From assembly GCA_963828195.1 (NCBI GenBank), contig CAWHDT010000007.1, forward strand, positions 64,001 through 128,000: a stretch of 64,000 nt of DNA, given 5' to 3'. The notes beneath the pieces are model-generated. The model worked only from the letters and a program-made list of their open reading frames with translations. It ran no database searches and had not been told where the DNA came from. Positions 39,649 to 48,058 of the stretch are shown piece by piece (position 1 is the stretch's first letter; every line of letters starts with the position of its first letter). Both the position numbers and the translations under genes were made by a program. This DNA is from Candidatus Bathyarchaeota archaeon. GTDB taxonomy: Archaea > Thermoproteota > Bathyarchaeia > Bathyarchaeales > Bathycorpusculaceae.

Positions 39649-40073
39649 GTTAATCCAACCTCCGACAGTTGAAGCCTAAGTATGTAGATTGTGTAGGAGC
39701 TGTTTTGGCTTGCACAAACGTAGTCTACTGAAACGATTTTGTCGCTGACAGAACCTGCGTTGCAAATTGGAAAAGGGTTAAGGGTTTTCATGTTTCCGTC
39801 GAAAACTGTCAAGTTAAACCATACTGTAAGCGGCAGAGCAGATTCCAAGCAGTCTTTAAGTGCAGCCCAATTTTGATTATCCACCAAGATTGCCAAGTGC
39901 CCGTTACTGTCTAAACTTAACAGAACGTTTTGTGCTGTAGAAATAAGGTTCCCTGAAGGATCCTTCACGCTTGAAGATGATGGAATAAGAGACAGGCACG
40001 ACATCAAAAGGATCGTAGCGAAAATCGCTTCTATTACGCGCACTTGCCCTCTTTTGTCTCTTAGAAGCTTCAG
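39645..40073 (-). CDS. Minor pilin-like protein; probable CTG start at 40073
   Basis: Upstream extension LKLLRDKRG|QVRVIEAIF gives a complete class III signal; the CTG overlaps the upstream TGA. Confidence 0.65.
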   Translation of the reverse strand: MKLLRDKRGQVRVIEAIFATILLMSCLSLIPSSSSVKDPSGNLISTAQNVLLSLDSNGHLAILVDNQNWAALKDCLESALPLTVWFNLTVFDGNMKTLNPFPICNAGSVSDKIVSVDYVCASQNSSYTIYILRLQLSEVGLT

Positions 40074-41113
40074 GAAACCACATCTCCAAAACTTATATCC
40101 ACATTATAGAGCACGCCGTTTATCGTGACCATGTAGCTGAAGACGTTTTGTTCTGAATCATCAAAGCTTGAACCTGCTCGCAGTGGAACCTGTGGATAAG
40201 AGCTCCATTCTTGAAAATAAGCGCCGCCGTTGGAGCCGCAGAGAACTATGATGAAGGGGCTTTGGTCAATTAACGCTGGAATTGTGTATTGAGTTGTGTC
40301 TTGGATGGGAGTGAGATTTTGTTGGTAACTGTATGTGAAGACATAGCCGTTTTGGATTGTTAAGTCAGACGAGTTTGTGCTGTAGCTTAGTGTGTAGTTA
40401 AGAGGGGTTAAAGTTAAAACGTCGTTGCTTGGAGCTGACTCCTGGCTTGAACTTTGGAAGTTGTAGATAGCATACGAGGTTACTCTATCATCGAAAGATG
40501 CCCGCGCGAACACAATTAGCATAGCGTTGCCAGCTTCAGCGTTTGGGATTTGCACGTTAACGTAGCCGACTCCGACGCCTGAAGTGACGCCGGTCACGTT
40601 GCTAAGATAGTTGTCTGCCACCACATAGCTGTTCAGGCTTGCGCTTGCTGGCTCAGAATTAATGCTTGTTAAAACCGTGAAGGCAAAAGATACGCTGTCG
40701 CCGTCTGTGCTGTTGCTTGTTTGCTCGATATTTATAGACATTACCTGAGAAACCGTTATGCCTAAAGCTACGTTGTTTAGTTTGGCGGAGGTTTCCATGT
40801 TAAAGTAAGACAGTGAGTAGTTGTTTAGGCTGTTTAGCCTTGTGATTTTGTCTATGTCTAACTCGTAGGGAGCCGTGGAGGAGCCGGATGCTAACCCGAA
40901 GTCGTCGGGAACGCTGCTAGTTCCCCAGTTAACTGGGTCGCCGGGGTTTGTTATGATGTGGTCAGCTATGGCTTGCAGGTAACTGTCTTTGTTGATGTTT
41001 TGGGTGCTGTCTATGCTGGTTTGCATTGTTGAAGTCAGAAAAGCGGTTGCTATCAAAGCTACGGCTACAATGATTGTGCATGCGAAAAAGGTGTCAATGG
41101 ATGTTGATGGCAA
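40070..41113 (-). CDS. Pilus-associated membrane-anchored protein
   Basis: N-terminal TM helix, PGDPVNWG...FGLA motif; within the pilus operon. Confidence 0.65.
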   Translation of the reverse strand: MPSTSIDTFFACTIIVAVALIATAFLTSTMQTSIDSTQNINKDSYLQAIADHIITNPGDPVNWGTSSVPDDFGLASGSSTAPYELDIDKITRLNSLNNYSLSYFNMETSAKLNNVALGITVSQVMSINIEQTSNSTDGDSVSFAFTVLTSINSEPASASLNSYVVADNYLSNVTGVTSGVGVGYVNVQIPNAEAGNAMLIVFARASFDDRVTSYAIYNFQSSSQESAPSNDVLTLTPLNYTLSYSTNSSDLTIQNGYVFTYSYQQNLTPIQDTTQYTIPALIDQSPFIIVLCGSNGGAYFQEWSSYPQVPLRAGSSFDDSEQNVFSYMVTINGVLYNVDISFGDVVS

Positions 41114-41129
41114 CGTAGTGTTTCTCCTT

Positions 41130-42641
41130 TTAAGTGCCTGTTAATCCTCCGAAAAGATGGGAAAGAACAATCTGAGAGACAACCAAAGACACATATGCGG
41201 TTGCCGCCAACAGCGCTGCGTGTTTAAATCCGGATCCCAAGTTACCTTCGCTGATTTTACCAATAAAGAACCCTGAGACCCAGCATTGAATAATTATGCC
41301 CACGGAGAACATGTTTAGCTGACTTGACATAGGTATTGCAGCGACTGAACCCAGAGTAGTGCTGTTAACGGTTGTCATCATGCTGGTCGTCAAGCTAGTA
41401 GTTAAAGCCACTATAGTTGTTGTAACAGCGATTAATCCGCTCCACATGAAAGCAAGAAGAATGTAAGGCTTCAAAAGTTCACGCCGGTTGACTTGCAACT
41501 CATGCTCTTTTTCGCTGTACTCTGAAAGAATCTCGAGCGATTGGGTTGAGTTTCCGCCGATTTCAATGGTCTCCACCATCATGGCAAAGTTAACCACGAC
41601 AAACCAGCTTCGAATTTCCTTACGGATGTTTTCAAAAGTTCTTCGCAGCGGTATGCCCCACTCGATTTGGCTTCGCATTAAATCTAAAAATTTGGAGAAA
41701 GGCCCGTAGTCTTTGCGTTTTGTGGCTTGTATGATGCTTTTTTCTGGTGAAAGCCCAGTTTTTTGAGAATCTGTTATGTCTCTTATGAAGCTAGGAAGGG
41801 ATTCTTCTGCGTTGTAATTGATTTTAGCGATCTTTCGATACTGGAGCGCAAGCGGCAGTGAAGAACCAACCAAGCATATTGTGGTGATTGCAGGTAACCC
41901 TACGGGGCTTACTGCTTGTGATATTGAAGGAACAATTCCGATGATAGCTATGACGGCGAATGCCGGCGGTATGAAGAAGAGGGCTTTTCTGTAGAGGTCT
42001 TTCAGGTCGGGAAAAGCGCTTTGCTGCAGATTATGCGCCATCAAAATGAAGACGCAGGACCCCACAGGCAATATGACAAACGCGATTAAGTAAGACAGCA
42101 TAGGCGACAGGGAAACTGAACCGCCGATTACCATTGACATAACGTTTGATGATGATAAGACAACAAAAAGAATATACGAGCACAACACAACAATCAGCAT
42201 AACCGAGTAGGCCTCAACTAAAGTGGCGATTTTCTCAATAGAGCGGTTCAGATTGATGTATCGCAGCTCAAAGATTGCCTTCAACTGGCTCTTCATGTAA
42301 TCAACCAGTTGTCCGCCGCTTCTAACCGAAGAAACAAAGCCGCCTAGAAAATTTCTATACAGCTTAGAGCCTGTGGCTTCTGCCCGCATCTGCATGACGG
42401 TTAAAGGGTCTTTGCCTAAAACTTCAACTTGGCGTACAACTTCGTCCGCTTCTTTTTTGAAGACTGGCAGGAACGTAAGTTTCCGCATTCTTTTCCAGCT
42501 ATCGTAGGGCGATATGCCGCTTGCAGCCATAAGAGTGAAAATCATTACTGCGAAAGGCAGTTCCCGCTCTGTTCTCTCTTTTTCTTCGCTAGTAGCCTTA
42601 TTCAGTGAACCGAATATTTTGCCTAGGAAACCGCCAGCCAT
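41130..42641 (-). CDS. Type II/IV secretion membrane platform protein (TadC/ArlJ-like, two T2SSF domains)
   Basis: ELPFA...AASG.SP and LPSFIRDI...TGLSP repeats; follows the ATPase gene. Confidence 0.88.
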   Translation of the reverse strand: MAGGFLGKIFGSLNKATSEEKERTERELPFAVMIFTLMAASGISPYDSWKRMRKLTFLPVFKKEADEVVRQVEVLGKDPLTVMQMRAEATGSKLYRNFLGGFVSSVRSGGQLVDYMKSQLKAIFELRYINLNRSIEKIATLVEAYSVMLIVVLCSYILFVVLSSSNVMSMVIGGSVSLSPMLSYLIAFVILPVGSCVFILMAHNLQQSAFPDLKDLYRKALFFIPPAFAVIAIIGIVPSISQAVSPVGLPAITTICLVGSSLPLALQYRKIAKINYNAEESLPSFIRDITDSQKTGLSPEKSIIQATKRKDYGPFSKFLDLMRSQIEWGIPLRRTFENIRKEIRSWFVVVNFAMMVETIEIGGNSTQSLEILSEYSEKEHELQVNRRELLKPYILLAFMWSGLIAVTTTIVALTTSLTTSMMTTVNSTTLGSVAAIPMSSQLNMFSVGIIIQCWVSGFFIGKISEGNLGSGFKHAALLAATAYVSLVVSQIVLSHLFGGLTGT

Positions 42642-42645
42642 CTTG

Positions 42646-44232
42646 TTATTTCTCCATGGAAGATTCTTTCGCGGTTAAATCTGCAAGTGCAAGTGAACTG
42701 TTGAGTGCCTTGTGTACGCTTCTGAAATCCCTCAGGTTCTTCTCGATCATGCTTAGCAAGATTTGTTTTCTTCGCTCAAACTCTTGTTGAACCACGCTGA
42801 GGGGTGCATCGAGGTTTTTGGCTATTTTAGTCAACAGGTAGCTTTTGTCCAGGTTTTGTGAGAAAGTGTCCGTTGACATGTTCCAATTAAACACTTGATG
42901 GGGAACGCCGTTGTTATCGATTTCAGCGACCTCTACGAATTTGCGTCCAGCAGTTTTTCGGTCTTGAGAGTTCAAGTAAGAAGTTTTAACTTGCTTGACA
43001 ATGATTACACAGTTCATTAGAGACAAAATGTTTTGTGGAATGTTCATCGGGGGCTGAGTTAGCCGTTTAATGACTGTTTCTACGTCGTCTGCGTGCATTG
43101 TGCATAATCCGCCGTGTCCAGTAGCCAGCGCCTGGAAGAGAACGTAGGCTTCTTCACCTCTGATTTCGCCTACAAGAATCAACGCGGGTCGGTGCCTTAC
43201 AGCTGATTTTATCAGGTCGTAGAGTGTGACTTCGCCTTGGCTGTCTCCCCCGAAGCCTGTTCGCGCAATAGTTGAAACCCAGTTTTCCTGAGGTAGATTA
43301 ATTTCTTGAACCTCCTCTACTGAAATCATTTTAAGTTCAGGACGCACCAGACATGCAATAGCATTTAACGCCGTTGTTTTCCCCGCACCCGTCGGACCCA
43401 CAATCATCACCGACATTTTATTTTCCATCAGCATCCAAAGGTACGCCGCGATTGACTCGTCAATTGTTTCGTTCATTATCAGGTCCACGATGGTTAAGGG
43501 GTCTTCTTTGAATTTTCTTATAGTGAAGCTTGTTCCAGCGGGAGTTGTTTCTTTTCCGAAAGAAATTGCAAGCCTATGCTTCCCCGGAAGAGTCAAGTCC
43601 ACAATTGGGTGAGCGATGCTTACGTGTTTGCCTTGTCTATGAACAATTCTCGTCATGAAATCGTCGAGTTCTTCCTCATCAGTAAAGATGATGTTGGTTC
43701 GTGCGTTAGCGTATTTTCTGTGATAAATGAACACTGACTTGTTTAGGCCCAAACAGCTTATGTCTTCAATTAGGGGATCGTTTATGAGCCCTTCGATTTT
43801 TCCGTAGCCGATCAGGTCTTTTTCGAGGTAATAAGTGATTTTTCGCAGACCCACTTGGTCGGTTCCTTCAAGAGCTTTCAGGTGCTCTTCCAAGATTCCT
43901 GGAAGTTGTCGGTGGAACGAGTCTACAAGAGTTTCATCTATCCTTGGAGCTTTAAGTTCATACTCAAGAATGTTCTTTAGTCGCTTGTAGGATTCCCGCT
44001 CTGCTCGTGACATGGGAAGTTCGTCAACAACGTAGAAGTAGCTGCCTTCCGCGTCATCTTGAAATATCCAAGCGTAAGAGAACGGGGGATTAAGGGGGTA
44101 ACTTTCAACTTGCGAGTAACCCTCAGGCACACGGTACCCCTGAATGCCCAGATACGCTATCATTTCCTCGTCTGAGTTTTTTTCTTTTTCTTGGATTTCT
44201 TCTTTCTTTTTGCCTAATTTCAATTCAATCAC
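42646..44232 (-). CDS. Type IV pilus assembly ATPase (ArlI/TadA/VirB11 family)
   Basis: DPLIEDISC, FTIRKF, GPTGAGKTT, RHRP..ILVGEIRG.EA, TGHGG..TMHA. Confidence 0.93.
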   Translation of the reverse strand: MIELKLGKKKEEIQEKEKNSDEEMIAYLGIQGYRVPEGYSQVESYPLNPPFSYAWIFQDDAEGSYFYVVDELPMSRAERESYKRLKNILEYELKAPRIDETLVDSFHRQLPGILEEHLKALEGTDQVGLRKITYYLEKDLIGYGKIEGLINDPLIEDISCLGLNKSVFIYHRKYANARTNIIFTDEEELDDFMTRIVHRQGKHVSIAHPIVDLTLPGKHRLAISFGKETTPAGTSFTIRKFKEDPLTIVDLIMNETIDESIAAYLWMLMENKMSVMIVGPTGAGKTTALNAIACLVRPELKMISVEEVQEINLPQENWVSTIARTGFGGDSQGEVTLYDLIKSAVRHRPALILVGEIRGEEAYVLFQALATGHGGLCTMHADDVETVIKRLTQPPMNIPQNILSLMNCVIIVKQVKTSYLNSQDRKTAGRKFVEVAEIDNNGVPHQVFNWNMSTDTFSQNLDKSYLLTKIAKNLDAPLSVVQQEFERRKQILLSMIEKNLRDFRSVHKALNSSLALADLTAKESSMEK

Positions 44233-44669
44233 TCACTAGTTAAAGTTAAAGTAACAGTTTGGTTGTCGTTACAACACTGCAGAAAAGCCCTGCCCCAGCC
44301 ACTAACGAAATTTCCTGACGCGTTAATTTCAGCCGGTATGTAAATTTGCGGTTGATTTTGCACGGCTGATCCAAAACCTGATTCAACCCATGCGCTTGAC
44401 GAATCGTTTGCTAGGCTTATCGAGTATTCTTTGTTTCCGATTTGCGACGGAAGATCCAGAAACGCAGTAGCATTTTGGCCGTCTTGGGCTACGTGTGTTA
44501 CAAGGCTCAGGCTTTGTGCTGCCACATACTCGTCAACATTGGTTAACTGTTGGGTTTCCGCTTCATTTCTGATGTTTAACATGGAAACGCTGCAGCTGCA
44601 AACTATGATTGCGCAAACGACAAGGGCAGCAAAAATCGAGTACATGTAACTTGGAATTATCGTCACCAT
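44229..44669 (-). CDS. Pilus-associated hypothetical protein
   Basis: N-terminal TM helix, LDLPSQIGNKEYSI; overlaps its operon neighbours. Confidence 0.6.
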   Translation of the reverse strand: MVTIIPSYMYSIFAALVVCAIIVCSCSVSMLNIRNEAETQQLTNVDEYVAAQSLSLVTHVAQDGQNATAFLDLPSQIGNKEYSISLANDSSSAWVESGFGSAVQNQPQIYIPAEINASGNFVSGWGRAFLQCCNDNQTVTLTLTSE

Positions 44670-44671
44670 AG

Positions 44672-45454
44672 TTACTGGATCCACCTCTGGATTGACACGT
44701 TAGAAATGACGGTTTCTATGTAAATCACTGCGCCGTAATTGGTGCTTGAAATCGGAATCGAAACGGTTCCGTCGGCGCCGTTCAGCTGCGAATTTATGGT
44801 TAAGCTTTCAGGTTGGTAGGGGACATTGTAGGTTTCAGTTGTAAGTTGTGTTCCTGTGCAGGAGATTTGTAGGGGGAGCTCGCCTCCCAAAGCTATCGGG
44901 TCTGATGAGTTTAAGTTGACGATGTAGATTCGGATGTCGTTGACGGCTTGACCATTTTCGTCTCCTCCAGTTGCATACGTTACGGTTGGCCGGTACTGCA
45001 GCTGAATCTCAGGTCCTGTGGGTGAACTTGTCAAGTAGAGTTGGCTCGGCGTCGCGCCGCTTTGGTTAGTTATTGTTTGGCTGTCTCCAGATAGGTAATA
45101 TCCCATGTCAAGGGAGCCTGAACATGGAAGATCATAGGTGACTTGCCCCACCGAAGCGTTAAAGATAGTGTCGTCGATGCTCGAATTATCCGTGACGTTG
45201 ATGGTTAAGATGTTGCTGGCTGGTTCTACATTTGTTGTTCCGCCTGAATCGCTCAAATCAATCGTGCTAGAAGAGCCAGGCTGCCCCAAAGTTGAAAGAA
45301 CATCGTTGTTTAAAGATATAAAGTCCTGTTGAGCCGTGGAAACTTTGAGAGATTCACTCTGGACGCCGATGTTTTCAACCGCAAAATAATAAGTAACTGT
45401 AATGATCCCAAGAGTTGACACAAGCAGTATAAGAAATGTAACTGGCAACGCCAA
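44672..45454 (-). CDS. Minor pilin-like protein
   Basis: Pilin-like hydrophobic N-terminus LALPVTFLILLV preceded in frame by RFRRFAKSKCA. Confidence 0.65.
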   Translation of the reverse strand: MALPVTFLILLVSTLGIITVTYYFAVENIGVQSESLKVSTAQQDFISLNNDVLSTLGQPGSSSTIDLSDSGGTTNVEPASNILTINVTDNSSIDDTIFNASVGQVTYDLPCSGSLDMGYYLSGDSQTITNQSGATPSQLYLTSSPTGPEIQLQYRPTVTYATGGDENGQAVNDIRIYIVNLNSSDPIALGGELPLQISCTGTQLTTETYNVPYQPESLTINSQLNGADGTVSIPISSTNYGAVIYIETVISNVSIQRWIQ

Positions 45455-45680
45455 TGCACATTTAGATTTGGCAAACCTTCTGAAGCGTCAACTGTGCAAA
45501 GTAATTGTCAATTACATCCTCTCGTAAATGTGCATTTACAATAGAGAAGTCAGAAAATGGATTAAGCCATTTGTGTGTATTAACAATTCACATATTATTT
45601 CGAAAATAAATTAAATCGGGTTAAGCAAAACTAAAAATTTTATAAAAAATATAGGGGAGGGGGATGAATGCTTTTGCTAT

Positions 45681-46235
45681 TTAAGTGCCTAAAGATGTTG
45701 ATGATGCTTGAACGTTTGTCTCTGTGTAGTATGCTGCGTCTGCGGTGAAGACTGTGAGGGATATCGTTGTGCCTATGTCTGCTGTGGAAACACTGCCTGG
45801 AGCAACCATCCAAACGTTGATAGACTTGCCTGAATCCAACACTATGGGGCCGCTAGTTGTTTGGTATTTGCCTGTTGCGTTAGTGACAAACGCCGCAGCT
45901 GATACAGCTGATATGTCTGCACTAGGTGTCCCCGTTGACGTATAACATGTGCCCGTGAAAGATGGCTGTCCGCGCACTTCGATCTGGTTGATAACTACGT
46001 CGCGTCCGCCAGTATTAGATATCACAATCCCAGCTACTGCATTACCGTCCGAGTCACACCAAATGTGAGCAAAGTTAACTGTTACACTTTCTGTCTGAAC
46101 CCTGGTGCTGACAACGTTGATAGCAAAGTAAGTAACGACGCCTGCAAGAAGCACTGAAACGACAAGAATGATTAGCGTAGTAATGACTGTACTAAGAGCC
46201 AAACGATTCTTCATCAATTTATGCATATTTATCAT
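45681..46235 (-). CDS. Major type IV pilin/archaellin-like protein A
   Basis: MKNRLA|LSTVITTLIILVV class III signal; NTGGRDVVI. Confidence 0.8.
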   Translation of the reverse strand: MINMHKLMKNRLALSTVITTLIILVVSVLLAGVVTYFAINVVSTRVQTESVTVNFAHIWCDSDGNAVAGIVISNTGGRDVVINQIEVRGQPSFTGTCYTSTGTPSADISAVSAAAFVTNATGKYQTTSGPIVLDSGKSINVWMVAPGSVSTADIGTTISLTVFTADAAYYTETNVQASSTSLGT

Positions 46236-47070
46236 TTTATTTTTTAACTCCGTTGAAAAAGCTTACGCGTTTTCGGGATAAGTAAACTTGTGCGTAAAAA
46301 AAAATACACATCTGACAAAAAAACGCAAGGAGAAACATAACAACAAGAAGGAAAACAGAAGAATAATGTCACTTAAAATATTTCTTCAAAAATAGAAAGA
46401 ACATGGGGGAAGAGAGGGATAATCTCTTGTTTGGTTAAGCTAAAGATGTTGATGATCCTTGAACGTTTGTCTCTGAATAGTATGCTGCTTGAGCTGTGAA
46501 GACCGTGAAGGATATAGTTGTGCCTATGTCTGCTGTGGAAACACTGCCTGGAGCAACGATATAAACTTGTTCGCATCCGCCTGACGCTAACACTATAGGA
46601 CCAGTTGTTAGACCTTCGGCTGCAGTTTTAGCCTTTAATGCGGTTTGTGTCATAGATGATAAGTCTGCGCCAGGTGTGCCTGCTGAAGCAACTACGGTGT
46701 CTGATGGGAATATTGGTTGCCCTCGCACTTCAATTTGGTTGATAACTACGTCGCGTCCGCCAGTATTAGTTATCAAAAGCGCACCTACGGCGTTACCGGC
46801 TGAGTCAACCCAAATGTGAGCAAAGTTAATTGTTACACTTTCTGTCTGAACCCTGGTGCTGACAACGTTGATAGCAAAGTAAGTAACGACGCCTGCAAGA
46901 AGCACTGCAACGACAAGAATGATTAGCGTAGTAATGACTGTACTAAGAGCCAAACGATTCTTCATCAATTTATGCATATTTATCATTTTATTTTTTAACT
47001 CCGTTGAAAAAGCTTACGCGTTTTCGGGATAAGTAAACTTGTGCGTAAAAAAAAATACACATCTGACAAA
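46059..47070. repeat. Direct repeat, two 261-bp copies (46059-46319 and 46810-47070)
   Basis: Only two mismatches seen by eye; covers 84 bp of upstream sequence plus the first ~59 codons of pilins A and B. Confidence 0.92.
46435..46986 (-). CDS. Major type IV pilin/archaellin-like protein B
   Basis: Paralog of 45681..46235. Confidence 0.8.
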   Translation of the reverse strand: MINMHKLMKNRLALSTVITTLIILVVAVLLAGVVTYFAINVVSTRVQTESVTINFAHIWVDSAGNAVGALLITNTGGRDVVINQIEVRGQPIFPSDTVVASAGTPGADLSSMTQTALKAKTAAEGLTTGPIVLASGGCEQVYIVAPGSVSTADIGTTISFTVFTAQAAYYSETNVQGSSTSLA

Positions 47071-47162
47071 TTCAAAAGAGAAAAAAATTCAGTGCATATT
47101 TTAGGTGAAATGAAAAGAATTGAGAGGGGTAATATCCTCCCGTAAGTTCTTCGATTTTTGGA

Positions 47163-47750
47163 TCATGTGCCAGTATATGCTTGGACGTTTGTTTCTTTGT
47201 AGTACATTGCTTGTGCTGTGAAGACTGTCAAGCCGACTGTTAAGCCTATGTCGTTGAGCCCGACGCTGCCTGGTGATAGGATGTAGACGACCGTGGTGTC
47301 GCCTGAAGGCAGTACTAAGCTGCCCGGAGATGCAGCTAGTGGGTTGTTAAAGGTTCCTACGGTTGCAGTGGCAAGTGTTGGGCCAGTGAGGGTGTCCGTG
47401 TATGCTAAGCCTTGGTTTAAGTTATCAGCTGTAACTGCCATAAGAAAGAATACGCTTGTGCATGGTTGTCCAAGTACTTGAATTTGGCTGATGACTACGT
47501 CGCGTCCGCCAGTGTTAGTGATCATCATTGCGGCTTCAACGGGACCGGTTGCTGTGGTTGAAGGCACCCAAATGTGGACGTTTGAAACTGAGACACTTTC
47601 CTGTTGAACCCTAGTGCTCACTACGTTTATGGCAAAGTAAGTTACTACACCCGCAAGCAGTATTGCTACTACTAGGATTATGAGTGTAGTGATTACCGTG
47701 GCTAGCGCGTAACGGTTTTTTAAGAGCCGCCTTATTGTTAAGTGGATCAT
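47163..47750 (-). CDS. Major type IV pilin/archaellin-like protein C
   Basis: LKNRYA|LATVITTLIILVV; NTGGRDVVI; more divergent paralog. Confidence 0.8.
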   Translation of the reverse strand: MIHLTIRRLLKNRYALATVITTLIILVVAILLAGVVTYFAINVVSTRVQQESVSVSNVHIWVPSTTATGPVEAAMMITNTGGRDVVISQIQVLGQPCTSVFFLMAVTADNLNQGLAYTDTLTGPTLATATVGTFNNPLAASPGSLVLPSGDTTVVYILSPGSVGLNDIGLTVGLTVFTAQAMYYKETNVQAYTGT

Positions 47751-48058
47751 TGCTTATTTTTCACCTGTAGCAAAAAGAACAGACATTTCCTTATAAATAT
47801 CTTCCGTAGCAAGACTCAATATACTTGGTCTTTATTGAAAAAACAAAATTCAACCCCACGAAAAAACGACAAAACACACGACAAATCAAAAGCAACTCGC
47901 CATGAAACTTTAGTTTTTTCACAAAAGATACCCGCTAATTTCCACAGAAGAAAGAGCGGCTCGAACTGCAATCCTGGTTTGAAAATATAGATTCAGTCTT
48001 CATAACCAATATGGTCTAGCACCAGTTAATACCATAACGTTCGCAAGCTGATTTAGCC

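Noticed and set aside
45681-47750. Archaellum (motility) operon or diversity-generating retroelement
   Set aside because: No ArlH/ArlF/ArlG or chemotaxis genes recognised, no reverse transcriptase, and the differences are not adenine-specific
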